The notes below the pieces were generated by a model that was not told the origin of the DNA, made no database searches, and saw only the letters and a list, made by a program, of their open reading frames with translations. Made by a program: the position numbers and the translations under genes. Positions 47,626 to 60,547 of a DNA stretch of 64,000 bases are shown here, piece by piece. The DNA comes from the human T2T-CHM13v2.0 reference genome, Homo sapiens, in NCBI RefSeq assembly GCF_009914755.1, contig NC_060938.1. The stretch is one strand, 5' to 3'. Positions within the stretch are counted from its first letter, which is position 1. Every line of letters starts with the position of its first letter.

Positions 47626-48049
47626 ACATATACAAGAAAAATTCCTCTTTCCATCCAGGGACCAGATGGCAGAGAACTCGCAGAAGCCATGGGTTAAGGG
47701 GCTTTGCTAAGTAAGATGTTTACTGGAGTACATTTCTCTCCTGATATCAGAGATGCGGCTGCCCCAAGCACATTTAGAAGTTGCACTCTTGGTACAAAAG
47801 TAAAGGTTTGTTCTCTTCTGCCTGCAAAACTACAGCCAGCAACTAGAGGTAAGTTATTGCTGAAATAATTCTGAGAGGGTCTCCCTCTAAATGTAAACCT
47901 CTTTTGTTCTTATTTCCCATGCTGAATATACCCCAAAATGAATTTCCTAGTCAAACACTAATGGAAATACAATTTCCTGTAAGAACTGAAATAGAGGTTT
48001 GATTTCACTCTTTTTGATTGAGAGGTAATCCAGAAATCTCTTTATTTTC

Positions 48050-48790
48050 CAACACCTATGCACTGTGTTTCAGATTTATACCTCCACCCGAATGTCTCCA
48101 CAGAGCTTGAAACTCATATAGGAAACTTCCTGACAGCTCCACTTAGATGTCCGCAAACCATCTCAAATTTAACATGGTCAAAAGAGAATGTTGGCACTAA
48201 CGCCCATCCAATTTCCCAACCCAAATTTGCCCACACATGTTCATCTGCAACCCCCAACCCTGGCTCAAGCTAGCATCACTCCCACCATCTCTCTCTTGCA
48301 CCACTGGAACAAGCCCCAGAGAGGTAGATCCCCTTCCTGTCCTTTAGACATAACATTCTCCCCTTTCTAATACACTAACTGCGACCCCTCTTTCTGTTCC
48401 TTGGACATTTTGAGCCATTGCCACCTCAGGGCCTTTGCACTTGCTGTTCTCTCTGCCCAGATCTTTGCATAGCTGCATCCCTCTTGCCATTCAAGGCACG
48501 GCCTAGTCAGATCCTCTGAGAAGCCTCCCACCATCCCACCCTCCTCCCCTAGTACATTATCCTGTTTTATATCTTCATTGCATGTAACACAATCTGGTAC
48601 ATTACCTACCCTGTCCATGGAAGGAACTACTATTTACCACTTGCCTCCTCCTCCTCCCCTACCCTCACTGCTACCCTATGGAAGGTCTAGGAGAGCAGCC
48701 AGGGACCCGCCAGAGGTCACCACTGTATCCTCAGCACCCAAAACAGTGCCTGGCACTCCACAAACAAGGGTAGCACGAATGAACCACTGC
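48050..48790 (+). mobile_element. L2 relic
   Basis: CACTTAGATGTCC...CATCTCAAATTTAACATG...CCTCAGGGCCTTTGCACTTGCTGTTC...CACTGTATCCTCAGCACCCAAAACAGTGCCTGGCAC. Confidence 0.75.
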
Positions 48791-48865
48791 TGAAAATGCT
48801 TCTAAAATGACTGAAGCCACTTATTTTCATAAATACAGAGTCCAATTTTTACTTTGCAAACTAGG

Positions 48866-49151
48866 GGCCAGACATAATGGCTCATGCCTGTAATCCCAGC
48901 ACTTTGGGAGGTTGAGGCGGGCGGATCACCTGAGGTCAGGAGTTCAAGACCAGCCTGGCCAACATGGTGAAAGCCCGTTTTCACTAAAAACAGAAAAATT
49001 AGCTGGGCATGGTGGCATGAGCCTGTAATCCCAGCTACTCAGGAGGCTGAGGCAGAAGAATCACTTGAAGCCAGGAGGTGGAGGTTGCAGTGAGCTGAGA
49101 TGGCGCCATTGGCACTCCAGCCTGGGTGACTCAACAGCAACAACAACAACA
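48866..49151 (+). mobile_element. Alu with (CAA)n tail
   Basis: Alu consensus. Confidence 0.9.
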
Positions 49152-50159
49152 GTAGGTATTCTGCAAGACCTCAGAACCATAGCTGCAAACACCAGTTCTC
49201 AACTTTACAAGCCTCAAAGGAATTCGGCACACAGTGCGGTATTCCAGGAGTACCTACTGTGATGCTATGCCTTACCTCTGTGCCAGGCTCCCTGTACCTT
49301 GATTCTTGGAGATTCGGGACTTTTCTTCCCCCTCTACTACAGCCACGATTAGAGTCAGCGCTCACATGACTTGGCCTTCTAAAAACAAAGCATGTGCACA
49401 TGTTCTGCTAGGTGGGTGTTTTCTGTCTAATGACATTAGTTAAATCACTTATCGGTCCTGTCCCTCGAGGAGGACAGTCACAGCCTTCTATGAAGCACTT
49501 CACAGAACTCCAATAAATAGAAAGAAGACACTGAACTCGACCCCACGGGGCCCAGAGGGAAATCCCACACACCCTGTGAAGACCAAAGGAAGAAAAGGAA
49601 GGGTAATTGGAGAGCTTTTTCCCCTGGGAAGCGTATAGCCTCTCTGCCTGTATTTACTGTCTCCTGCTGAGTTCACAAGGAAAGGTACTCAAACAAGCAC
49701 ACACACACACATACACAAATCAAAGACTTCATCCTGTTCATGGAACTGTCTGTAATCTTACATAGCAATCCATCAAGTTATTACTAAAAGAACGACTTCA
49801 CACTACTCTCTATCTTCAACCATCTATTTCCTTGCTTTTCTTCTTATCATCCTTGGCACAGACTACATCTTCACCTCAATCAAGCTACCGCTTTTGATGA
49901 CACTAAATGCAATTTAACCAGAATCTCTTAAAGCAAAACCTTGGTTATTTGGAATGTTTAAAAAATGGGTCAGCATCTCTGCTTTACTTAAGTTACCAAT
50001 GCAATGTAAAGTTTTCCATTTAGCATCCTAGCTCCTCCAACAGTCCCTATTCTTATTTACATAACCTTCCAGCCACCATCTCTCTCCGTCCTTTCCTCTG
50101 ACGCTGTTCCAACACATCCCTGGGGTCCAGTAACATTTGCCTCCTAAACATCTAGACCT

Positions 50160-50605
50160 TTGTGACAGAAAGTTCCAAGTTTGCTTGGCAACAGAATCAA
50201 CATTTAACTTGGGGTTCCAATGGATCAGGCAAAAGAGTCCATTTCCCAGGCTTCCTTGCAGCTAGAAGTCATGTGACCAAGCTCTAGCCAATAAGATCAA
50301 AGCAGAGGGTGGGGTTTCTGGGAAAGCCCCTTAAAACCAGAAGTCAGCAAGACTCCCTCCTGTCCTTCCCTGCACTCCCCTTCTTGCTTCCTAAAATGGG
50401 AACATGCTAGCTGATGCCATCTTGGACCATGAGAAGACTGAGAATGGAAACCCGCAATGCCCTAAGAACAGCAGAGAAGAGGGAATGTGCGTCTCTGTCT
50501 AGCTCCTCAAGACTTCTTTCATGTAATGGAGAAATACGCCCCTAGCTTGTTTAAATCATTGTTAATTGGTTTTCTACAATAAACACTCAAGCCTCCTTCT
50601 GATCA
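50160..50605 (+). mobile_element. Old ERVL-type LTR relic (LTR33/LTR16/MLT1-like)
   Basis: CATTTCCCAGGCTTCCTTGCAGCTAG...CATGTGACCAAGCTCTAGCCAATAAGAT...GCCATCTTGGACCATGAG. Confidence 0.55.
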
Positions 50606-50895
50606 ATCCATCCTTGGAGGTCTAATGCTCATTCCCACACCCGAAGAATGCTTTGTAACAGCTTATTCAAGTGAACATAAGGAATATTCAAAACTCGCCC
50701 ATCACTATCTTTTAGCTTACCCAGTGCCCCTCTTTGGGAAAGGGAAGCCAGCCTAACTTTGAATGATACCAATCTCACACTGATCGGCACACTTCCAGTA
50801 CTTACGGTAACTTATTCTTTTTTATTTTGCATTATGTTTCCTGCTTCCCTGGAATGTAAACTACTAAGAGTACAAAAAGCAAGAATCAAATCACA

Positions 50896-51205
50896 TTTTT
50901 TTTTTTTAATTTTTTGTTGTTGTTGGAGACATGGTCTCACTCTGTCGCCCAGGCTGGAATGCAGTGGTGCGATCATGGCTCACCGTAGCCTCCACCTCCC
51001 GGGTTCAAGCGATTCTCCAGCCTCAGGAGAGTAGCTGGGACTACAGGCACATGCCACCACGCCCAATTAATCTCTGTATTTTTTGTAGAGACAGGGTTTC
51101 ACCATGTTGCCTAGGCTGGTCTCGAACTCCTGGGCTCAAAGTGATCCGCCCCACCTCGGCTTCCCAAAGTGCTAGGATTACAGGCGTGAGCCACCACGCC
51201 CAGCC
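50896..51205 (-). mobile_element. Alu (AluJ-like)
   Basis: Reverse Alu consensus. Confidence 0.9.
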
Positions 51206-51933
51206 TAAACTCATAACTTTCAAATAGGAGGTCAGAGTGCCAACTTCCTATGTTATTTACTGCAGAGAATTATCCTGCAGCCAAAATGATTTCAAAGGGA
51301 AATCCCAGCCCAATGGGGAAGGTTCTGAAAACCATTTCTTGCTGGTTGGATATACAGGCAGTACATCGATGAAGTATCTGGTAGACCTATCCAGGTGCCA
51401 CAAAGCCCTACCAAAGAGAATGCAACATTTTCTCAATAGGAAACAGGGGGAGATACTGGACAGATACATTGATAGGGCCCTCGGGCCCAGAAGCTTTCCC
51501 AGCAGCCTCAGACAGACCCCTATCCAGGTTAGTGGCATCTTCCTGGCCAAGTCACTGTGAGGAGTAGAAAGGTAGTGTATCCATGAAGGGCCAGAAAAGC
51601 AACGATGTGAGACAGAAAACAGAGAATACAAAGGGCATACAGCAGTGGAGTAAGAGCTTCTGCTAGAGAAGTTCCACTAGTGAGAGGGAGACTCTGAGGG
51701 GAGGGCTCGCTGGACCATGAGTGCCTTACAGGCAGTGGCCATGGTACATTCAATTCTGTATTCTTTTAGCACTTAGTAGGTACTTTAAAAAGTTTGTTGA
51801 ATAAATGAATGAATGAGCAGACAAATGAAAGGTTTGCCAGAGCAAGACAACGGAAATGTGCCCCCACCCAAGACACCTACTGACTGGAAGAAGAAGGAAC
51901 GAACAGTCTGGAAGGAACAAATCAGCAGGATGG

Positions 51934-52210
51934 GGCTGCGCACGGTGGCTCACGGCTGTAATCTCAGCACTTTGGGAGGCCGAGGCGGGCAGATCACAAG
52001 GTCAGGAGTTCGAGACCAGCCTGACCAACAAACACCCTGTCTCCACTAAAAATACAAAAATTAGCTGGGTGTGGTGGCACGCACCTGTAATCCCAGCTAT
52101 TCAGGAGGATGAGGCAGGAGAATCGCTTGAACCCGGGAAGGCGGAGGTTGCAGTGAGCCGAGATTGCACCACTGCACTCCAGCCTGGGTGACAGAGCGAG
52201 ACTCTGTCTC

Positions 52211-52236
<26 letters not shown>
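51934..52236 (+). mobile_element. Alu with TSD
   Basis: AAATC(A/G)GCAGGATGG on both sides. Confidence 0.92.
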
Positions 52237-52241
<5 letters not shown>

Positions 52242-52813
52242 GGCAGGATGGGTCAGGGAGCTGCGCTTTCTTGGGATCACAGGATGCTGGTATGAATGGC
52301 TTCCTATTCCAGGGCCTGTGACAAGGGAGTATTTTTATTTCTGGCCCCTCAGAGACCCTGGTAAACTCTCAACCTTCTGAGGTGACATAGCCTATAGCAC
52401 AGACAGCAGAAAGCAGCCCGCCTGGCAGTAGGCACCGGTGAGAAGGAGGCCGTCTTCAGGGAGAGCCATTTCCGACGCTGGGCAAGGCAGCCCCAGGTCG
52501 AGGATGAAGAGGATTGTCACTTCACCCAGAGACCACAGAGGAGTCTCACACACATTACAAAATTACATGTTCCACCCCACCCAACATTACACTAATTCTT
52601 AGGAATTTACACATCCGAACCAGACCACACTGTCTTCCAATGAGCATTATTTATCCAAAAAAATAATAATAATAAGTCATCTCTTCCTCCTAAAAGGTCC
52701 ATCAATGAGACAGGTAGGTTGACTGGTATCACGGTTAGGGGAAATGCTCTTGATTCTGCATTCACAACACCAAGAAGAGAAAACTAGAAGCAACTGCTCA
52801 CGTGGGGTGCTGA

Positions 52814-53141
<328 letters not shown>

Positions 53142-53621
53142 GGTGCGACCTCATTTTCAAAACTGCCTTTGAAAAAGAATCTCATCTACCGAGAGCAAAC
53201 GTGAAGAGAACAGCAAATTAGAGACAATTTGTATCAACAGTGTACACGCAGGGAGAAAAGCTTCCTCACTTGGCTCTGATGCCACTGAAGGGGTCCTATG
53301 AGGCAGGGGGCTCAGGATGGAGCCTGGAAACCGGAAGCTGAGCAGACAGTTGTGTGCTCTGTGCAGATGCAAGAACTTTACATGTGCTGACAATTGAGCC
53401 CCATCTCAACGGTACAAAAATATACTCTGTATTTGCCTTTCTCTATCCTGTGCCCCCAGAGTTAATTCTGGGTTTATTTGGGTTATTTCAATCCCCTATA
53501 ACCCATATTCACAGGATATTTAAAGGAAGCACAGAGAGATCATCTACAATGTCTGCTATACTGAGAAGGCCTAGGCAAGCACCAGGGGTAAGCACATGCC
53601 CTTCAGAATTGGAGGGAATCG

Positions 53622-54137
53622 GGCCAAGCATGGTGGCTCACAATTGGGAGGATTACTTGAGGACAGGAGTTCAAGACCAGACTGGGCGACACAGCAAGAC
53701 CCCACCTTTACTAAAAATATATTATTTTTGGAGACAGGATCTAGCTCTGTCACCAGGCGATCTTCCCAACTCAGCCTCCTGAGTAGCCGGGACTACAGGT
53801 GCGTGCCACAATGCCCAGCTAATTTTTTTATCTTTTGCAGAGATGCAGTTTCATCATGTTGCCTAGGCTGGTCTCAAACTCCTGGGCTCAAGTCATTTGC
53901 TTGCCTCGGCCTCCCAAAGTGCTGGAATTACAGGTATGAGCCACAGTGCGCAGCCCTACAAAAAAAAAAAATCTTGAAATTAGCTGGATGTGGTGGCATG
54001 CACCTGTATTCTCAGCTACTTGGGAGGCTGAGTCAGGAGGATCACTTGAGCCCAGGAGTTCAAGGTTTCAGTGAGCTATGATCATGCCAGTGTACTCCAG
54101 CCTGTGTGACAGAGAGACCCTGTCTCAAAAATAAATT
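53622..54137. mobile_element. Plus-strand Alu split by a minus-strand, internally deleted Alu (~53722-53955)
   Basis: Left arm 53622-53720, reverse Alu, then right arm from ~53977. Confidence 0.85.
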
Positions 54138-54189
54138 AAATCAATAATTTTTAAAAAGTTGGAAGGAATTAGGTTCCTTCCAATTAGGT

Positions 54190-54350
54190 TCCTAGTAAGT
54201 TCTGCACTTGCTAGCTGTGCAACTTCTAGCAAGTTACTTAACCACTCAGAGCTTAACTCATCATCTATTTTAAGAAAGAAAATAATAGGGCCTACTTCAT
54301 AGGGTTTAGTGAGGAAGAAATCAGATACTGCATATGGAAAGCACAAAGCA
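54190..54350 (+). mobile_element. MIR
   Basis: CACTTGCTAGCTGTGCAACTT...GCAAGTTACTTAACCACTCAGAGCTT...CCTACTTCATAGGGTT. Confidence 0.7.
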
Positions 54351-55260
54351 AGCATGCCTATATTTATAAGCTAAAATTGTATTTAAAGCACTCAGCTCTG
54401 GATATAATAAACATACTTTTGTACAGTGTTTCCTTTATAAACCCTTTGATGACAATGTTTTTTGTTCAAGTAGCAAGAGGAAAGGTTAAAAAAAAAAAAG
54501 GCACAGAAATAGAAATACACACATACCTTATAATCCAGTCTGGAAAAAAATAACTGCATTCTACTTCTCATTTACAAGTACTCAGAGAGGTTAGTACATG
54601 CTAATCTTACACTCCTAAGTAAGACCTGTATTTAGGGAGTGTAAAACTTAATCCCAGACATTAAAACTCTACCTTAATTGATTTAGGCACAGATCATCCA
54701 TAGACGAAATGAAAAAAAAAAAAAAAAACTAATGAGGAATTTTATAGAGTAGGGAACAGTGACCTCATGTGAACCCATGGCTCAATCTCAGCTTCCCCAA
54801 GAGGGGGATGACCAGGCTTCTGGAAGTGATATATCCAGAATGTGACCCAGACGTTCGTACTTCCTTCCATTTGACAGGAAATAGAAGGAGAGAGAGAAGC
54901 AAGTTACACGAAATCACAAGGAAGTAAACAGAATGCAAGTACTCTATAGTGTAAGCCATGGGTCTCTTTTAACAGGGAAGGGAATGAAAAAGGAAAGAGG
55001 GCATAGGAGTGCTGCAGACTGACACAGACAGGAAACATCACAAAAGGCACTGCAGGAACCACATTTGGACCCTAATTCAAACAAACATTTTGTAAACAGG
55101 GATATCTGAATATGGACCTGGCATTAGGCAACACCAAATAATTGTTCATTTTGTTAGGGGGGACTTGAGCATGGTTGTTATGTAAGAAACCGTCAATTAT
55201 TCTTATGTATACCGAAATGTTTGAATTGTAAATGTCATCTGCTTCAAACTACTTCAGCAA

Positions 55261-55560
55261 GGCTGGGTGCAGCGACTCATGCCTATAATCCACAGCACTG
55301 TGGGAGGCTGGGGCAGGAGGATTGCTTGAGGCCAGGAATTTGGGACCAGCCAGGGCAACATGGCGAAACCCCGTTTCTATGAAAAATACAAAAAAAAAAA
55401 ATTAGCCAGGCATGGTGGTATGTACTTGTAGTCCCCCCTTCGGAGGCTAAGGCTAAGGCTTGAGCATGAGAGTCTGAGGCTGCAATAAGCCATGATTATG
55501 CCACTGCGCTCCAGCCTGGTCAACAGAGTGAAACCCTGTCTCAAAACAAAAAACCGAAAA
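55261..55560 (+). mobile_element. Alu (AluJ-like) within an L1M relic (~54900-55725)
   Basis: ACTTCAG flanks; neighbouring ATCTGAATATGGAC and TGTTTGAAAATTTCC L1M-like motifs. Confidence 0.8.
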
Positions 55561-55860
55561 ACAACTTCAGAAACAGCGACAACAAAAAAGAATAAATAAA
55601 ATAAGTGTGACAAACCTTTGTCAACTACTGAATCAGGATGTGTGTTATGGGGGTATATCAAGTCATTATACGATTCTAGTTCTGTGTATGTTTGAAAATT
55701 TCCGTGATTCAAAAATAAAAATAAAACTCTTATCTTCTGAAGTCCTTTCAGAGATAAAACGAAAGCCAAGCTGTCTCTTTTGCCCTGACTGACTCATTCA
55801 TGAGAACATGCTCTTGATGAAATCTCAGCAACTGGAAAGACCTCAAGAGGGCACCTAGTT

Positions 55861-56305
55861 CAGGGATTCTCAAACCTGGCTCCATGCTGGAAACACCTAG
55901 GAAGCTTAGCAGAACTACCAGTTTTCCCCAACCCACCTCACACCTAATGAATCACAATCTCCAGAAAGGGGCCCAAGAAAACGGGAATTTTTTTTTTTTT
56001 TGAGACAGGGTCTGGCTCTGTCACCTAGGCTGTATCTCGGCTCACTGCAACCTCCACCTCCCGGGCTCACACCATCCTTCCATCTCAGCCTCCCGAGTAG
56101 CTGGGACTACAGGAGTATGCCATCATGCTCAGCCAATTATTTTTGTATTTTTTGTAGAGACATACATGTTGCCCAGGCTGGTCTCAAACTCCTGCACTCA
56201 AGCAATCCTCCCGCCTTGGCCTCCCAAAGTGCTGGGATTACAGGTGTGAGTCACCGTGCCCGGCTGGGAATTGTTTTTTAAGTGCCACAGGTGATGTAAT
56301 CTAGT
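55861..56305. mobile_element. MER5-like hAT MITE interrupted by an Alu (55988-56265, minus)
   Basis: CAGGGATTCTCAAACCTGGCT...TGAATCACAATCTCC...[Alu, GGGAATT TSD]...TTTTAAGTGCCACAGGTGAT. Confidence 0.65.
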
Positions 56306-58303
56306 ATGTTCCCTCCCCAACATCCCAGCCAAACAGTTGTCCAGCAGGGTATGTGTTCCAAGCCCTCAGGGACAGGGATCACACAGGATTCCACATTTTC
56401 ACTGCTACGTCAAGCCTAACCGTATTCTTCACTTTCAGAAGAAAATTAAAAGTGGAATAGCTAATTCACTGCATACAACTTGCAAGGTTTCAATGTTCTC
56501 GTTCAATTTAAGGTATTTCTCACCAACCTTCAGGTGCATTTAGTCACTGTGTTGAAGGCAACTTCAGTGTGGGAGCTCCCGCCAAATAAAATCTCATAGG
56601 AAAAAACAAGTTTACCCATAGAGCTAAAGGAGCTTTCACTGGGCAGAGTATCAGGGAGAATGCCATAGTAGCATACCCCAAGTGACTGGGCCAGGTCAAT
56701 GCCCTGGAAGGACCTGGGTGTACCTGAGCATACCTGGGAGCCTGCACCTCTCACAGCAGCCAGCAGCTGGCCTGGGGGAACCCAAGAAAGAGGAGAAAAG
56801 TGGAAAAACTCACACCTCTTGCTTTGTTCTCACAGAATCGCAAATGCTGGGAACAAACTCCCAACCACAAAACTGACTGGCATTTGATCAGAAACATGTC
56901 AACACAGGTCAGGATGGCTGGGAAGCCAGAACTGAATGTTTCATAACATTAACAATCTCAAGTCTTTAAAACCATTCTCTTTCAACAGGTGATACCTGAA
57001 TGTATCCGGATTGACAATCTTCATCCCTGGAAAACATGACTCCCAGAATCCAGCGGTGGGGGAGGGGGGGGGTCGCATGGCGGGAGAACAGCTCCTCCCA
57101 GTGTGCCTCAACACAGGGCATCCAACACCCACTTGTCACTCCCAAGGCTGACTGATGAATAATGTTCCCAAGTCTCGCTGCACGCCTTGGCGTTGGTCTT
57201 TTCTAACATTTCAGAGTGTGCATTTGCTAAATTACTTCTATGTGCACCGGCATTATGTCAAACACGAAGATTCAAGCATGCAGGAACTTGCAGACTCGTT
57301 TTACACCAAACTAAACGCCCTGTTTGTTGCTTTATCACTGCTGTGAGGCTTTGGGGGACCTGAGCAGCACTTTCTTCTCCACGTTCTCAGTCTGGAATTG
57401 CTTTTGAAGACTTTCCCTTTCTTGCCACAAAGACCCACCTATACAGAAGCTTTAAATACCACAGACCTGGTTCTTTACAGAGGAGCAATGAATGTCCTCT
57501 AAGCTCAAAGAATAATCTTAAAGCACTCAAAAAAAGCCAAGTCCAGAGGTGGCTCTCCAAATGCCCAACCTGAGATACGGAGGGAAGGAGAAAGAGCTTC
57601 ATGGTCATGGAAATTCCTCTCCCTGATTAAAGGGGCATACTTTGATGGTTACAGCTACACAAAAATAAGGACCTGGGGAGGAGGGAACCAGAAACTTATG
57701 AATATTCAGATCTGCACGCTCGACCCAGGCATCATTTGCACCAGTGATCAAAGTAAATCTCTCCTTAGTGCCCACATCTTTCCTCCCAGGCAACACCCCT
57801 CCCCAAGCCCCGCGTCCCCACCCCCCATCTCAAACAGAAACCGAGTGAAGAGCATTTGCACACAAACACGTCCAATTTGAGCAAGGAGCAATACGGTTGG
57901 CCACTTCCTGATTCATACTCTCCCATGCCAAAGACAAGGAGAATATTCTCAGGCTCAAGATTCTACTTGAAATGGTGACATGTTGCCAGAGAGAAAGAAA
58001 TTAAAGGCCCCAGCCCCGCACAGCCACTGATCCCACACAACAGTGGTCCTGCGCCCGAACCTGAACTTCAAAAAGAGGGAGAACCAGCACCCCAGCTGCA
58101 CACAGCAGCATTATTAACACAACACACAAAGCGGGAAAACACAGTCACATGAAAACTTAGTGGAAGGAACTTTCTCTGGCAATTTATCTTAACCGCGGCT
58201 GCATTACTTTTCAGGGCTCAAAGTCAGATCACAATTTTGTTTTCCACTTCTTAACAGCTGCCCAATTTCTACGAAACCTATTATGTTCCTTAAAACAAAA
58301 ATA

Positions 58304-58640
58304 GGCCAGGCGTGGTGGCTCATGCCTGTAATCCCAGCACTTTGGGAGGCCGAGGTGGCTGAATCACTTGAGCCCTGAAGTTTGAGACCAGCCTGGGCAG
58401 CATGGTGAGACACCATCTCTACAAAAAGTATAAAAATTAGCAGGGTGTAGTGGCACACACCTGTGCTCCCAGCTTGTTCGAAGGCTGAGATGCGAGGATC
58501 ACTCAAGCCCAGGAGGTCAAAGCTGCAGTGGGCAGTGATCACACCATTGCACTCCAGCCTGGGTGACAGAGCAAGACCCTGGTCCCAAAAAAAAAGAGGA
58601 AAAAAAAGAAAAAAGAAAAAAGAAAGAAAAAGAAAGCAAA
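58304..58640 (+). mobile_element. Alu (AluJ-like)
   Basis: Alu consensus with A/G-rich tail. Confidence 0.9.
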
Positions 58641-58695
58641 TTATTAAAACCGTCTTCTTTTCACTGACCATGAAGTACAAACTATGGCTTTAAAG

Positions 58696-58991
58696 CAGGG
58701 GTCCCCAACCTGGGGCCATGTACCAATCAGTGGTCTGTTAGGAACGGGGCTGCACAGCAGGAGGTCAGCATAGCCACCTGAGCTCCACCTCCTGTCAGAT
58801 CAGCGGTGGCATCAGATTCTCATAGGAGCACAAACCCTACTGTGAACTGTGTATGCAACGGATCTAGGTTGCGTGCTTCTTATGAGAATCTAATGACTGA
58901 TGATCTGAAGTAGAACAGTTTCATACCAAAACCATCCCCCTTGGCTCTCCACAAAATGGGTCCCTAGTGCCAAAAACATTGGGGACCTCTG
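58696..58991 (+). mobile_element. MER1B hAT MITE with perfect 8-bp TSD
   Basis: TIRs CAGGGGTCCCCAA...TTGGGGACCTCTG; CTTTAAAG at 58688-58695 and 58992-58999. Confidence 0.92.
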
Positions 58992-59640
58992 CTTTAAAGT
59001 CAATATTAAACTTTTTAAAAGTCAGTCTCTAATGGGACCCTCACTCTGAGCCGGGAATTTCAAAGTTGTCACTTATACAGACACCAGATTTCATGACAGT
59101 CACCTGGGCAACTCATGTCTGTTTAGTCTGCGAGCGTAAGTATACTCAAGTCTCTTCTCAATGTTCATCACTGTCCACTTATGCCAGAACACTGGAGAAA
59201 TTTCCCTTCTCCTAGTTCATATTCAGGGAAAAAAAGAAACACCATTTTTCTCTAGCCCATGGTGGCAGCGTATATACACACACATACTTCACGGTTAATG
59301 GCTGTCCTTGGAATACTGACCTTTGTTAAGACCCTAAAACCAAAGTGACCCATCCACACTGAGGGATGTTAACTGAGAACTAATCAATTCTGTAAACCAC
59401 TGTTTTATCTTTATGGAAACCCTATCAGTGGGAAACTCTCAAATAGTACAAATGCTAATAAACAGTACATAACTAATAGGCTTAGGGAAAGGAAATTCTT
59501 TAAAATTATCTAAATGAATTAAATAGACTAAAACCCACTTACAACTGCTACTTCAATGTGGTGAATAGAAATTCATTTTTAATAGAGAAAAATTTTAAAT
59601 TAAAAAAAAAAAAAGAAAACCTTGGGTTCCAGACACAGAG

Positions 59641-59649
59641 GCTTACCTG
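59641..59649 (-). other. FOXN3: Splice donor after the first coding exon
   Basis: CAG|GTAAGC near-consensus donor; forkhead homology breaks off exactly here. Confidence 0.93.
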
Positions 59650-60189
59650 ACTCCTCTCTTTGTCCACTTTCTTAAAACACTTATTCAATGATAAATTGTG
59701 TCTCACTGAGTTTTTCCACCCAGTAGGTGCATTTGCAAAATACGGAAAATGTTCCAAGATCCAGTTGTAGATATCCTTCACTGGCAGGCGCTTGGTTGGA
59801 GAGTCCTCGATGGCCATAAATATGAGGCAGCTGAAGGAGTAGGGGGGTTTGCAGTTGGGGTTCTGCCTGGCATCGTAGGGCATGTCAGAGTGGGCAGGGG
59901 ATGGGGGGGTGTCATCGTCCAGGTCCTGGACGGGGCTGACACTCCTGAGGACCGACTCCCCAAAGCTCTTCAGCAAGTTCTTGCTCTCGTGCAGCCAGTT
60001 CAGGTTGGTCAGCTCTTCATCTTCCATGGCCCCCTCTTCTAATCGGATGTCAGGCAGAGAAAAGTCGAGGTCATCGTCTTCCTGAAGGGCCTTGGAGAAA
60101 CCGCTGCCCCCGTAACACTGACTCAGTCCACTGGAGACACTAATTCCTGAGCTTTCTGGCTTCTTACTGGGAGGCATGACTGGACCCAT
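59647..60189 (-). CDS. FOXN3: FOXN3 (CHES1) first coding exon, codons 1-181, N-terminus plus most of the forkhead DNA-binding domain
   Basis: Translation [15 protein letters not shown]...LTNLNWL...[68 protein letters not shown] is a FoxN2/3-type forkhead domain with the N-terminus I recognise as FOXN3; 543 nt = 181 codons, ending at a phase-0 donor CAG|GTAAGC. Confidence 0.97.
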
Positions 60190-60240
60190 TTACGTGAAGG
60201 CTCCTAGTAAAGACATCACAAAGAAATGATGAGCTGGCGA
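60190..60240 (-). other. FOXN3: 14-nt 5'UTR portion (60203-60190) and splice acceptor of the FOXN3 first coding exon
   Basis: Minus strand reads CTCATCATTTCTTTGTGATGTCTTTACTAG|GAGCCTTCACGTAA-ATG: pyrimidine-rich tract, AG at 60205-60204, in-frame TAA directly before ATG. Confidence 0.85.
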
Positions 60241-60464
60241 GGCCCAAAACAGAAAGGCAGACTGTACCCCTCTGATCCTGTTGCCTCCCTCTGCCGCCTC
60301 TATGGAACCCCTGCTACACAGGAACACCACCTTGTGACTCCCACACTAAGCAACACAATCCCACAATTCCACCACAGAGAGATAGGCTGATGAGAAAAAT
60401 CAGCCCGCCATTCATATAGCAAGGTGACCTGATGCCCCTTAAATAAAATAAGACCAGTAACACC

Positions 60465-60547
60465 GGCCAGGCACGGTGGCTCACGCCTGTAATCCCAGCA
60501 CTTTGGGAGGCTGAGGCGGGACGATTGCTTGAGACCAGGAGACCAGT
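60465..60547 (+). mobile_element. Alu left-arm fragment
   Basis: GGCCAGGCACGGTGGCTCACGCCTGTAATCCCAGCACTTTGGGAGG. Confidence 0.85.

Noticed and set aside
59548-59646. 32-aa extension of the FOXN3 ORF ([10 protein letters not shown]...TTLK)
   Set aside because: Read-through past a strong donor into T-rich intron; forkhead homology ends at the donor. An ATTAAA lies inside it but I see no convincing downstream poly(A) site
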